DNA of 64,000 nucleotides from Eledone cirrhosa. Taxonomy: Eukaryota. The notes beneath the pieces were generated by a model. That model searched no databases. It saw nothing but the letters and a program-made list of their open reading frames with translations, and had not been told where the DNA came from. Position 1 is the first letter of the stretch; each line of letters opens with the position of its first letter. Below, one piece after another: positions 13,155-25,170 of this stretch. The translations under genes were made by a program, and so were the position numbers. Where the stretch lies: NCBI GenBank assembly GCA_964016885.1, contig OZ024746.1, positions 57,350,001-57,414,000 on the forward strand, given 5' to 3'.

Positions 13155-13192
13155 GCCAACAATGTTTCGTCCTATTAAGGACTCATCAGGGC
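13155..13192 (-). ncRNA. Minimal type I hammerhead ribozyme followed by AATAAA (PLE 3' end)
   Basis: GCC-CUGAUGA-GUCCuuaauaGGAC-GAAA-CAUUG-UU-GGC, then uAAUAAA and (TA)n about 45 nt further. Confidence 0.85.
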
Positions 13193-14626
13193 AATCAAAA
13201 CCACAAGAAGTACTATCGGCCCACACAAGCCGAAAACTCCGAAGAATATGGAGTGTACATACACTAAAGTATTGTAAGATTATGGGTAACAATATATAAT
13301 AAAAATCACTAAGGAGGTGTATAACATTTTGAACTATATTACAAATATAGTCCAAAGCAAAAAAAAACCTAGAGCTAAACAAAGGTGGATATATAGAGCG
13401 GGAATTATATATAATACTATATAATATACAATAATATACTTGTAACAATATTAAAATTAAAATTAAAAATTAAAATTAAAAGGCACAATATACATATGTA
13501 TATATGTACGCATACGTACGCACATATACATATACATCAATACACATATCCATCATTAACAGCACAAATTAAACCTTATTAAGAGTTTAAATATAAATAA
13601 GCATAATAGGAATAAACATAATAATAATACTACGTATATCTAATATACATGAAGTAATGAAATGATTAAAAGTAACACATATAATATATAATAAACTATA
13701 TAATTATATAATATATAATATAACATAATAGATAAGCTCCCGTTAATTTACACAAACAATAAAGATGTCACAATAATACTATAATAATAATATAATAATA
13801 TATATAATATATAATGGCATGTAAGTTAACAAATCAATTCATATAGAGTTACAGAGTAGGTGAGAAAAAAATATAAATTGTACAATACCCAAAATTATGA
13901 TGGTACAAAAATATAAACATCTTACATGATATATAAAATTTAACATATCATAATGGTACATAAAATCAACGGTAAGTAATAAGGATCAATAGTACGATAA
14001 CAACTTCAATATAAAATAATGAACATAATATAATATATAATTACTTATAATTACAAGGTTTGTAAACAGACATATATGTGGATGAGTGAATAAGGGCCAG
14101 ACAGAAAATAGAATGCACAGTAGTATTAATAAATAAATAAAAAAATCAACCGGAAATTAATAAACAAAAACAAAAGTATTTACTTAGGTCTCACATGCAG
14201 TTAAGTAAAAACTTAGGAAACAACCCAGGTAAGTGACTCGAAAACCCTATTTGATAAATTAATATTGAAAATATTTAAAATACCTAATAAGGCAATACAT
14301 TATTAGTTATGGTTTAAGTAATCAAAATTCATAAACATTAATATTTCACTATAAATATATATATAAAAGAATGAAATATTCTACTATCATTTACATAACG
14401 ATATCTAAAAAACTGACTTAAGCAGAATTATGGTAGGCTAATAGGGACAGAAAAAAAGAAATGTATGTAGGATACAAAGGAGCATAAAATCATAATCAAT
14501 ATACTGTATTATATATATATTTTCATAATTCTTCGGCTCTGTTTAATTACATTGAGCTATACCTTTTACTGTCCTTTCTATAATACGTAGAGGGTGTTTA
14601 ACTCCAACACGCTCCACTATTTTAAT

Positions 14627-14662
<36 letters not shown>

Positions 14663-14664
<2 letters not shown>

Positions 14665-15041
14665 AGTAAGTATGTTTTGAAACAGTGAGAAGGTTTGAAA
14701 TTAGAAAATATATAGCTTTCACCGTATTTATGACTAAAGGAATTTTAGCCTAATAATGGGGTTTAGAACCCTCAGATAAATGGAAAAAAGATGTGTATTG
14801 ACGTACATGGGAGTCGAACCCACATCTTTGGTTATCGTGACCACTGTTCTACCATTGCACCAATACATGGGTGATGTGTTGGGTAATGGTAGCACATTGG
14901 TCGCGATAACCAATGATGTGGGTTCGACTCCCATGTACGTCAATACACATCTTTTTTCCATTTATCTGAGGGTTCTAAACCCCATTATTAGGCTAAAATT
15001 CCTTTAGTTAAAAATACGGTGAAAGCTATATATTTTCTAAT
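14663..15041. mobile_element. Fold-back element with two divergent tRNA-like units, in (TA)n
   Basis: About 14700-14869 is the reverse complement of 14873-15041; left arm has about 37-nt extra tail; diverged partial copy at 15058-15172. Confidence 0.85.
14873..14942 (+). ncRNA. tRNA-like cloverleaf (non-canonical anticodon loop) followed by T6
   Basis: Acceptor GAUGUGU/GUACGUC, D-arm with AAUGGUA loop, UUGGU/ACCAA arm with 7-nt loop CGCGAUA, T-arm GUGGG-UUCGACU-CCCAU; TTTTTT about 9 nt downstream; mirror copy at 14799-14869 (-). Confidence 0.7.
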
Positions 15042-15612
15042 ATATATATATATATATAGTAGTAATATTTTCGAATCAGCGAGCAAGTTTGAAATTATTA
15101 TAAATGTAAGTTATCGCCGTATTTTGACTGAAGAAATAAAAATAAATTATTTAGCCTGATAGTGGGGTCCATTTAAGGGTGAAAGCAGTTAAGTGTGAAA
15201 GATTCTTTGCTTAAACTTTAATCTGTTATTTATATATATGTATGCTCCTTGATATGGTAAAATAACTCTGATTGTTCATTTACCTTCTGTATTAAACACA
15301 GAACTGTCTCTTACCTAACTTACTTAGGTCCCTAAAATCACAGCGTGATTTGATATGTTATTTGCCTTTATATGGTTGTATTATCATCTCATCTAAACTC
15401 TTATATATATATAATTTGTCGGGAATGAAAAGATTTGTTTTCTATTCTCCCGCCACCACGTAAAATGTGTGAATCAGTGGCTAGTTGAGGGACAAATTTC
15501 TATCGGATTCCAGTTGCTAATCCCTTTACCGTGTCGGTTGTCACAAACAGTCATGACCGGTATGGGCTGGGGTTTGGATTCTGTCGATCGATTGGTTATT
15601 GATTAGGCGATA

Positions 15613-15723
15613 CCTGTTGATGAAGCCCCATAAGCCGATTATGCATTGTTGCATAATATATGCAGACGGAGGGTGCAGTGCACCTTACCGCTGCATTAAG
15701 TGCGGCCGAATCTCGAGTCCGGG
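15613..15723 (+). ncRNA. Mutated hammerhead motif (UUGAUGA, GAAU)
   Basis: Aligns with 16466-16576 but both core boxes carry a substitution. Confidence 0.65.
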
Positions 15724-16461
15724 AACTATTATAGGCACCTGTTTTACGTGTGTTGTATTGAAGCGAATAACTATGTGTATACTCTGGGAATGTATCTTAT
15801 ATTGCCTATTGAGTACCCTGAGATACAACCGGTCCTTGCATTGATAAATATGCTGGGTCCGTCAACGCCTTATTATTATTATTATTATCTTCCAACTAGC
15901 GGACTAATCAGAGTAAGGTAAACAATTTTTCACTTTTTTATTGTGTTTTTGTTTTGATATGGGCTCTAATTTCCTGCTATTATTTTATCTCTCACTCTTT
16001 TAAGTTGAGAAATAGATTGGTTTTTCCGCACGCGGCTGCCACATTTCAGATCGCTACTCTATCGCCCTATAATGGATAATAGTATTTAAAGTCCGTTAAA
16101 GGATATTGGCACTACCGTTGTTAACATCGCTTTCCTCTAGCCACGGGACTTGGAGACATGAGTCGAATGCTACCATCCTATTATACATTGATGGGGAACT
16201 GCTATTTCTAATAACCATCCTTTCAGCTCTTAATAATTTGTGTGTGAGACACGTTGGGTGAGTGCTTTTGTCGGGAAAGAAAATATTTGTTTTCTATTCT
16301 CCCGCCACCACGTAAAATGTGTAAGTCAGTGGCTAGTCGAATGACAGAGTTGTATCGGATTCCAGTTGTTAATCCCTTTACCGTGTCGGTTGTCACAAAC
16401 AGTCGTGACCGGAATGGGCTGGGGTTTGGGATTCTGTCGATCGAATGGTTATTGATTAGGC

Positions 16462-16579
16462 GTTACCCGCTGATGAAGCCGCATAAGTCGATTATGCATT
16501 GTTGCATAATATATGCAGACGGAGGGTGCAGTGCACCTTACTGCTGCATTAAGTGCGGCCGAAACTCGAGTCCGGGAAC
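16462..16579 (+). ncRNA. Type I hammerhead ribozyme with large branched stem II insert
   Basis: guuaCCCG-CUGAUGA-aGCCGCA[about 70 nt]UGCGGCc-GAAA-CUCGAG-UC-CGGGaac; GUC triplet; palindromic ACUCGAGU stem III. Confidence 0.85.
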
Positions 16580-16728
16580 TATTATAGGCACCTGTTTTAC
16601 GTGTGTTTTATTGAAGCGAATAACTATGTGTATACTCTGAGAATGTACCTTACATTGCCCATTGATTATGGTTAGATACAACCGGTCCTGGCGTTGATAA
16701 ATATACTGGGTCCGTCAACTCCTTATTA

Positions 16729-16903
16729 TTGGCAGTATCGGTAGAGGGTCAGAGATCCTGCTTTCCAGCATAGTTACGTCCCTTTATGGTCTGAGTTCAA
16801 ATCCCGCCGAGGTTGACTTTGCCTTTCATCCTTACAGGGTCGATAAAATAAAGTACCAGTAATGCACTTGGGTAATTGCTGGCCTTGTGCCTAAAGTAGA
16901 AAC

Positions 16904-16908
<5 letters not shown>
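16729..16908 (+). mobile_element. tRNA-derived SINE (family A, Nin/Deu-like central domain tentative)
   Basis: tggcagtatcggtaga A-box, gagttcaaatcc B-box, gcctttcatccttacggggtcgataaaataaagtaccag core, ends agaaacaatt; about 18 copies in window. Confidence 0.9.
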
Positions 16909-16960
<52 letters not shown>

Positions 16961-17611
16961 ACCTGTTGTAATCAAGGTTGCCCTGAAAAATACGACTCAG
17001 TCAGTAGAAAATGTCTGGGAAAGTAATAATTTCAACTCTGCATAAATATATTATTTGGAGCATTTACATTCAGTGTGTTTTTCTGTGATTTATGCGTCCG
17101 TCTGCACGTGTGTTCATGCTTTTGTCCCGCAACGTACTACTTCAGTAGTAATGAGTAACAAACTAAAAAAATGTATTGGCATCAAAATAATTGACGTAAT
17201 GCTAAGACGTTGCCCTATATGACCGCAATCGACTGACAGAAACCAAAACACTACCACAACACTACATCAACCGCAACCTTACCATGATACCACGCAGCAC
17301 CATACAAACATATCAACATACAACAGACCGCCGACACGACTACCACCACTACAACATCGACCGAATCAATTTCATTGGTTATGCAGATTGTCCTTTTTTT
17401 CTATTTTTAATAAAAGAATATCTCAAGTACAATAAACTGTCTTGCTAGCCAGATACTTCTAGATACAATAAGTGGTCCCCCAAAACACCTTCAGATGGGT
17501 TTGAGTGAAAACTAAAGTAAATGACCCAAATAGAGTGAGGAGAATGAGAAATGGGTGATACACACACACTTTATATATGACAACCATTCATACTCACACA
17601 CATAAACTCAC

Positions 17612-17687
<76 letters not shown>

Positions 17688-18593
17688 GTGTGTGGTATGA
17701 AATGCGTGCATGTGTGCGTGTGTGTGAGTGCATGTATGTATGCGTACATGTGTATATGCATATGTACATACATACCAATAAATGTATACACATATGCGCA
17801 CATTTACATATGTTGACCAAAGAACCCTGTCTCTTACAAAATGCCCCTTTCTTTTTATAAATTTTAATAAACGTTCGTTTCTCCCTCTATCGCTTTGTTG
17901 TACCTTCACTGTCGTCCTTCTTCTGCCCCCTCCCTCGTTATCTCTATGGAATGAAGAAACATAGTTGGCAAACAAAAGAGCCTTGTGAAAAAACCTTCAG
18001 TTCAACAGAAAGAGAAGTCTGGGTCAATACATAAAATACCACGGATCAATTCGATGTATCCAAGAGATTATTCGATAATGATCTATGAGATTTGGTGAGT
18101 GTATATATTTTGGCCATACAACCAGCCCAATGACCAAACTTACCTACAGCACTGTACCTTGTCAATGGACTAGGATCAAGCATGCATAGAAGCGACTATG
18201 ATACTTTTCTAAAACACTGAATAATTACATTTAACGAGGTGGAACAAAATGTACAGTGGCCACCAAACTGACTCGCGTCAACAGCTTAGATGTCGCCCTA
18301 GATGTTCAAACACAATGATTACATAAAGTTAATCAGAAATGAAGACATATACACAAACATTCCTGCTACACAACTACGGTTCTTAAACATCTCATCCAGA
18401 ACACAAGCAATAGAATCTATAACCTATCTATAATCCTAACACCGGACGTAATAATTGTATCAGACTGAGAAGCTGCAGAAGAAAGCAATTCCGAAGCAAA
18501 CGGGCCTATTCCTCAGATGAAAATGTTGTAAATTTAACCTAACGTATATATACATACATACATAAATACATGCATATATATATATATATATAT

Positions 18594-18635
<42 letters not shown>

Positions 18636-19169
18636 AAACAGAGAGACGAACCAAGAGAGAAAAAATGAGGTTGAAATGGAACATCATTCAAGGTTCTGAA
18701 TATTATTTTTTTTATTATAACATGGACACTACACTTGAAGCAGGATATCGTTAAACTTCGCTGGTATTTGCCGAACAGGGAATTGGTAATGAGCCAATAT
18801 TTACCAAATTGTACAAGCAGGGGATGGGCAAAAATCAATAGGAGAGTTAATAATTGATCTACCTGTAAATAGGTGAGCGACATGTAACGTAATTAAACAT
18901 ATACACCGCATATTTGCAGCAAATGTTTGCACACAACCGTGCATTCATCAAACATGTAATAATCTTTGCAGCAATGTAACCATCATTTGACTAACCACCT
19001 ATCTATCTATACATTCACATACAACTACACGTATGAAATCGTATAAGTATGGTTTCTGTGTGTGTTTGAGTATGTGTGACTATTATTCTATAAAGTTGTA
19101 AATATATTGTATTATATCGATAAGTGTTCCGTGCAATAGTAGTGCACGTACACCCAAATACCATATATA

Positions 19170-19230
<61 letters not shown>

Positions 19231-19232
<2 letters not shown>

Positions 19233-19614
19233 TGGTAAACGGAATAGAAAATGCTGACAAATTGTTCACAGTTGAAAAATGGTTTAATTAGGAATAAAAG
19301 AGTATTAGTGATTGTATGGGTTAGTATTCAGTTGTGGTTTTAAGTTTTTAAGTTTTTACCGGTTGCGCATTTCTAAATGCTTTTCAAAAATAATTTTGAG
19401 ATAGAGTGTCCGTGCTGTTTGCTCTGATCTGATTAGTTTTGGGAATTCTACCTGTTTTTATGTTAAAAAAATGGCTCCAGCGTTATTTTTGTGTTGCAAA
19501 AATGCTTACTCTTTTATTCCTAATTAAACCATTTTTCAACTGTGAACAATTTGTCAGCATTTTCTATTCCGTTTACCAATATATAATAACTTGTGTGTTA
19601 CACCTCTATTCTTT

Positions 19615-19619
<5 letters not shown>
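19231..19619. mobile_element. Fold-back element in (TA)n, no recognisable HHR core
   Basis: Perfect 73-bp inverted arms 19231-19303 and 19508-19580 plus 39-nt tail; same family at 59456-59830. Confidence 0.85.
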
Positions 19620-19689
<70 letters not shown>

Positions 19690-19876
19690 TATTGCACAAG
19701 ACCACCACTTATCGATATAATACAATATCATGTACAATTTATAGAAAAATAGTCACACATTCACAAACAAAATTTTATATATATATATAATTATTTAGTA
19801 TAGAAATCACTTCTACGGAACTAGAACTGTTTCATTCGTGTGAAAGTATCATGTATATATACATATATATATATAA

Positions 19877-20005
19877 TAGTAGAACACTGGAGGGTTATAT
19901 CCGTAGTAGTAGAGCCATCAGTTCATGGGACGTGTTTGGTAGAAGTAGTTCCACAACAGTTGGTTGTTCTCGGTATGGTGAACTAATTATTGTGGAACTA
20001 CTTAT
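19877..20005. mobile_element. Shortened fold-back copy of the 3571/62361 PLE family
   Basis: agaacactgga..atatccgtagt tail and gttctcggtatggtgaactaa short arm; HHR core lost. Confidence 0.7.
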
Positions 20006-20466
20006 ATATATATAACAGAGAGAGAGATAGGGGGGGGGGGTGAAGTTGGTAGAACACTCAGAACAAAGGACGGGTTCGGTATAGAGTTAGTTCCACAACA
20101 ATTTAGCAAACGATAGTCAACTCGTGTATGGTTAGAGTGAGAACGGATGTAGATATGAGCTGGCACCATTATGTGCGACAGATGTCGGTAGTTGTAATGA
20201 CAAGGGAGACAACTTAATTAGGACTATTGTGGTCGTTCAGTCGGAGTTAGGACTTCTGGTTATCCTGGGACCACATGCGAGCGCCCTTATGCGCTGTATG
20301 TCGGTTGTGTTTGATGCTCAAGGGCGTGTCTATGCGTACACCTAAACGACCACACACACACACTCGCTTGTCTCCCCCTCCCCCACCACTATATATCTCT
20401 CTCTCTCTGTCTATCTCATTATCAATCTCACTCTCTGTCTCCCAAACACACATATACACACACACA

Positions 20467-20527
<61 letters not shown>

Positions 20528-20586
20528 TCTCTCTATTTATAGCCTTCTGACTCTTTCAATGTTATATATTATATACATTGCTTCAA

Positions 20587-20703
20587 TGAGTTCAAATTCA
20601 GCCGAGGTTACCTTTGCCACTCACCCTTACGGGGTCTATAAAATGAAGTACCAGTAATGCACTTGAATCATTGCTGTCCTTGTACCAAAAGCAGAAACAA
20701 TTA
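20587..20703 (+). mobile_element. SINE family A, partial
   Basis: B-box to 3' end matches family consensus. Confidence 0.75.
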
Positions 20704-21012
20704 TATACAATGCTTCAAGCATACTATAATATTTTATTATATATACATATATAGGTATATATTTGTACATAGATAGATAGGGCAATAGATATAGATAGAT
20801 AGGTATTCAAATTTATCGTTGTTGTAGTTCTACGCTCTCGCTTCATAAACCTGACTTATTCATGGTGTTATACTTTTTTTAAATTTTGTGTATACTCTGA
20901 ACAAAAAATATAGTAACTATTCATACCACCGTGTGCTTTGTGACCACTTCAACTTGTTCTATTGGTATCTGCACTATTGCATCTACAACTTTGATTTATA
21001 CCTAATATAATA

Positions 21013-21185
21013 AAATTGTTTCTACTGTTGGCACAAGGCCAGCAATTATCCCAGTGTATTACTGGTACTTTATTTATCGACCCCGTAAGGATGAAAGGCA
21101 AAGTTAACCTCGGCGGGATTTGAACTCAGACGGGAAATGGCCTTAACTGTATGCTGCAAATCATGGCATCCGGTACTCCACCGCC
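21013..21185 (-). mobile_element. SINE family A
   Basis: Reverse complement of consensus. Confidence 0.85.
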
Positions 21186-21242
21186 GTGTAGATATAATAT
21201 AATATAATTTAATATAATATAATATAATATAATATAATATAA

Positions 21243-22559
21243 TGCAGTGGCGGAAGCAAGTGAGACCCTTGTGCCGAGGAGAAAGAACAAAAGAAGCACG
21301 TCAGCTCTGCAGACACAAAAGTGTGTGCAGCCAGAGAACACCTGAGAGCTGCCAAGGACCAATTCTATTCTGATCCTACGGAGGAGAGGATGGAGACTGT
21401 GGAGGTGACGAGGGAAGAACTCTGTACCGCTTACACTGAGGCCAGAGAGGAGGAACTGATAGAGAAGATCAGAAGTGTGGAGAGAGCGGTTGACAAGTCT
21501 GGATGTAAGGAGAGCTGGATGATCATCAACGAGATCACAGGGAGGAAGAGAAGGTGTTCCAATCAGATCCAGGGAACAGAGCCCGAAGATAGGAAGAGGA
21601 CCCTACTAGGAGAGCCACCCTCCTCAGCCCAGAGCACTGGGGAGATCAGGCGGCTGTTTGAAAAACTGTTTGAAGACAGAGCCCTTCACCAGAGAGGAGC
21701 TTCAAGAGCCAAGAAGAGGATCAAGGAGGGCAAGGCTCATGGAAAAGATGTAGCACCGGCTCAGAGCAGGAGAGTTAGGCGAAAAATATATCAGATGCTG
21801 TATTTGCCACCGACATAGTTTTGGTGACAAATACAGAGAAGGAGGCAGATGACTTGATGCAGGAGGTTGAGACTGTATCGATGTGTGTGGGTCTGAGAAT
21901 GAATGAGACTAAAACAAAATATCTGGTAGAGAATGTTGAGAAGCCAGAGGGGATCACTAATGTAGGCGGGAAGCCGCTAGAATTAGTTGAGGACTTCCTG
22001 TATTTGGGAGCAAAAATTGGGAATACGGAAGATGATGTGATTGAGAGGAAGAGCAAGGCCTGGGCGGCGTGCCACAGCTTGAGATCGTTGTGGTAGTCGA
22101 ACCTTCGTAAAGACCTGAAAATCCGCCTCTTCATTGCTGTAGTGGAGTCTGTGCTGCTGTACGAGCTGAGACTTGGACACTGACTAAGAAACTCACTCAG
22201 ATGGTGGATGGGTGCTACACGAGAATGTTGAGGAAGGGTGTGAACATTAATCACTATACACTGAGGATGAAAATCTCAGAGCTGTATGGGGGCCTCACAA
22301 ATGTCAGCTCAAAAGTGACACAGAGGAGACTGAGGTTAGCTGGACATGCTCACCGATATCCAGAGTTGACATTGCACTCAGTGCTCCTATGATAGCCCCT
22401 ACATGGACACACTGGAAGGTGAAGCCCAAGGTTACCGTATATTAATGCCCTAAGGACAGACACTGGTATTTTGGAGACACATGATATGGCAGCGATAATG
22501 AGGGACAGAGACCGCTTGAGAGAAGTCGTCCATGGATCTCGGGAATTTTACCCGCCCTA

Positions 22560-22560
<1 letters not shown>
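21243..22560 (+). mobile_element. RTE-clade LINE remnant, internally deleted, with 3' end
   Basis: GLRMNETKTKYL..VEDFLYLGAKI..RKSKAWAACHSL; KVTQRRLRLAGHAHR..; ends ttttacccgccctag before (TA)n. Confidence 0.85.
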
Positions 22561-22620
<60 letters not shown>

Positions 22621-22789
22621 ATTATAAAAGGATAAGAAACAAGGAATCAGTTTTGCATCATAACATATTCAATATAATATTAAATATGTTTCACTATTGA
22701 TTTGTTCTCATATTAGAACTCATATACTAAGCATATCTGACGACCTTTCGATTATAGAGTCAGGTTCCATCTATAATAGGTCTTGCCTG

Positions 22790-23900
22790 GAGTTGATCGA
22801 TAGTGAAACATAAGTAATATGTTATTAAATATGTTATGATGCAACATGGAATCCATAGAAAAGTACCTGGAGACCATACATGCTAAACTGACGAAGACAG
22901 TGAACACAATTTATGCCTACCAGGCGTTCTTGCTTCTGAGGAACTGTTTCGCACTCACCACACTGTTTTTTAGAGCACCATGTCATACTCACGCACATCA
23001 ACAATTCGAACACGACACCACCATTCAACTTCGTGCTGATTTCATCTGCAATATTACTTTCAACAGTGGCGTCTCACAACAGATGAAACAGCCCGTGAAA
23101 TTCGGTGGCCTCCGCCTCTGAGATAGTTCACAGCTAGCACTACACGTCTATCCTCACTCATCTTCAGCCCTACGCTCATCGTCGAGGTCTTCCATAAGTC
23201 AGCAGAAAGTGAAGTGCACCGCTAGCCGGACTTAGCTCTGGCCGATTGGATTGTGTAAGTCCTCGTCGTCCCCCAGTATGGAGATGTTCGATACGACAAG
23301 GATCACATCTAGTGCAGATTAACTTTCAGACAGATCGAATCATCATTACACCAACACTCTTTCGCCTGGTTACGTTATAACACCGAACCAAATAGCACCG
23401 AATATCTGAATCATGTGCCCTCCCCATCAACAACTTCCGTACCCTTCTTCACGAGGAGTACACTCGCATTAGATTAGCCCATCGCCTTGGGCTCGGTGTT
23501 TGTGAGTCGTACAAATCGTTGTACCTATGTCATTAACGAGAGCTCTGTATCCTCGACATGATGATCTGAACTACGTAAGCACAAGTAGTTTCCACGTGAC
23601 TGGCGTCCAGTCATAACAAGTTTGCCTTAAATGTGTTGATGATAAGCACTCAGACATGATGACCCTCTTCCCATTAGTACTCTCCGCGCTGTGACGCATT
23701 TTCCCCCTTAAGACTTGTAGATTCGACCGGAAACGCGAACGCTTATCTCAATGTAGTGGAGAGGAAAAAAAAACAACAAATATTGGCCTTGGCCGACCGC
23801 TTTATTTCGTGGCGTTTGCCATCGAGACCTTACATGATATCGGTCTTCGAACTGCTGTTTTCTTCACCAAAATCGGGAACAGCACTGACAGCCTAAGGAA
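22790..23900 (+). mobile_element. Decayed CRE-like non-LTR retrotransposon (RT C-terminus plus restriction-like endonuclease)
   Basis: AFLLLRNCFA, QPVKFGGLRL (cf. LPVRxGGLGI), RIRLAHRLGLGVC, RHDDLN, DKHSDMMTLFP (cf. KRPDGxTLxP), FVAFAIETL. Confidence 0.7.
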
Positions 23901-24110
23901 GAAGCAACATTGGGCGGAATGGTTGGGGCAGTTTGAGTGACTCTTGTCATTCTCTTCGGTAATGCCTCCCCCATTCTTCAGCGGGTCACAACTGAAGCAT
24001 GATACTTGCACCGGAATGTGTTGTCTGTGGCTTCATCCACACTTTTCCTTTCTTTCGTTGCTTAATTTTTCTTTCCGTTTGTCCGATTTTATCTTTCTCC
24101 TTCAATATTT

Positions 24111-24290
24111 ATGGCAGTATTGGTAGAGAGTCAGACGCCATGCTTTGAAGCATATACTTACGTCCCTTTATGATCTGAGTTCAAATCCGGCCAAGGTTAA
24201 CTTTGACTTTCATCCTTACGGGGTCGATAAAATAAAGTACCAGTAATGTACTGAGTAATTGCTGCCCTTGTGTCAAAAGTAGAAACAATT
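24111..24290 (+). mobile_element. SINE family A
   Basis: Matches consensus. Confidence 0.85.
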
Positions 24291-24702
24291 ATATAAACTT
24301 TACCATCTAATATAAAGATCTGCGAACGCAGATTTAAACACATTAAAATATTGGTTTGATTGGTATTAGCGCGTTCGCATACGCTACGTGCTTACACCAG
24401 AAACATCTCTTTTTATGACGGACAAATTCCTTCCGGGATATATATGAAGTAAATGTACTAAGGCTGAATGTAAGTAGAAAATCAATTTTAGAAAGTACCT
24501 GAATGAACTATAAATACTAAACAACTTCATCATCACATACATATAACAAATATATCAAACGTATTTAGCAAAGGATTTTAGGTACATAAACTAAGCAACT
24601 TCTTAAAAGCAAAGTAGAGTGTCATGAAATTCTGATGTCTACAATGAGTTATGACAATCCACTGCGAAGTCACAGCCAATGTATCATGAATATATATATA
24701 TA

Positions 24703-24990
24703 TTAATATAGAAAAGCTTCTACAAGACTAGAACTGTTTCATTCGTGAGAAATCATCAGGAAGCTACTGATGATTTCTCACGAATGAAACAGTTCTAGTC
24801 CTGTAGAAGCTGTTCTATATTAAAACATTTATACTCTGCTATGTATTGAGTATCTTACTTTCTGTGGTGACCCCCGATTCAACCCGGAATATCAATCTTA
24901 GATTTTATCTAATGAAAACGTACTTAAACACCATTGTACCTTTGAAATATGTATAATAGAATATATATTTTGATTATGAGAATATTTTTC
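24703..24990. mobile_element. Fold-back pseudo-LTR unit with HHR cores on both strands
   Basis: About 57-bp inverted arms around 7-nt loop gaagcta; right arm continues as tail; related fragment at 19800-19853. Confidence 0.8.
24763..24799 (+). ncRNA. Minimal hammerhead motif
   Basis: GCUA-CUGAUGA-uUUCucacGAAu-GAAA-CAGU-UC-UAGU; stem III register ambiguous. Confidence 0.6.
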
Positions 24991-25005
24991 ATTTATTAAT
25001 ATTTT

Positions 25006-25051
<46 letters not shown>

Positions 25052-25095
25052 TATATGTGAGTGTGTGTGTGTGTGTTTGTGTATGGGTGTATGTG

Positions 25096-25170
<75 letters not shown>

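Larger units (their letters stand above)
15415..16730 (+). mobile_element. Retrozyme-like or non-autonomous PLE: two about 460-bp HHR-containing direct repeats around a non-coding spacer
   Basis: 15415-15877 matches 16267-16730; spacer about 390 bp with no recognisable ORF; solo partial copy at 58198-58538. Confidence 0.8.

Noticed and set aside
14873-14942. Functional tRNA gene
   Set aside because: Anticodon loop lacks U33 and differs between arms, and each arm has D-stem mismatches; kept only as tRNA-like
14734-15007. Two near-identical 75-aa ORFs on opposite strands
   Set aside because: A consequence of the DNA palindrome; no protein motif
15599-16640. Cys-rich ORFs repeated in three copies (also 58249-58563)
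   Set aside because: They overlap the HHR-bearing repeat, and frames and stops are not conserved between copies
16981-17019. CUGAAAA..GAAA-AUG-UC hammerhead-like string
   Set aside because: Core box and stems too degenerate to call; may be an old relic
17960-18540. Possible GIY-YIG remnant (IYFGHTT)
   Set aside because: Single short motif amid stops; cannot be supported without a profile search
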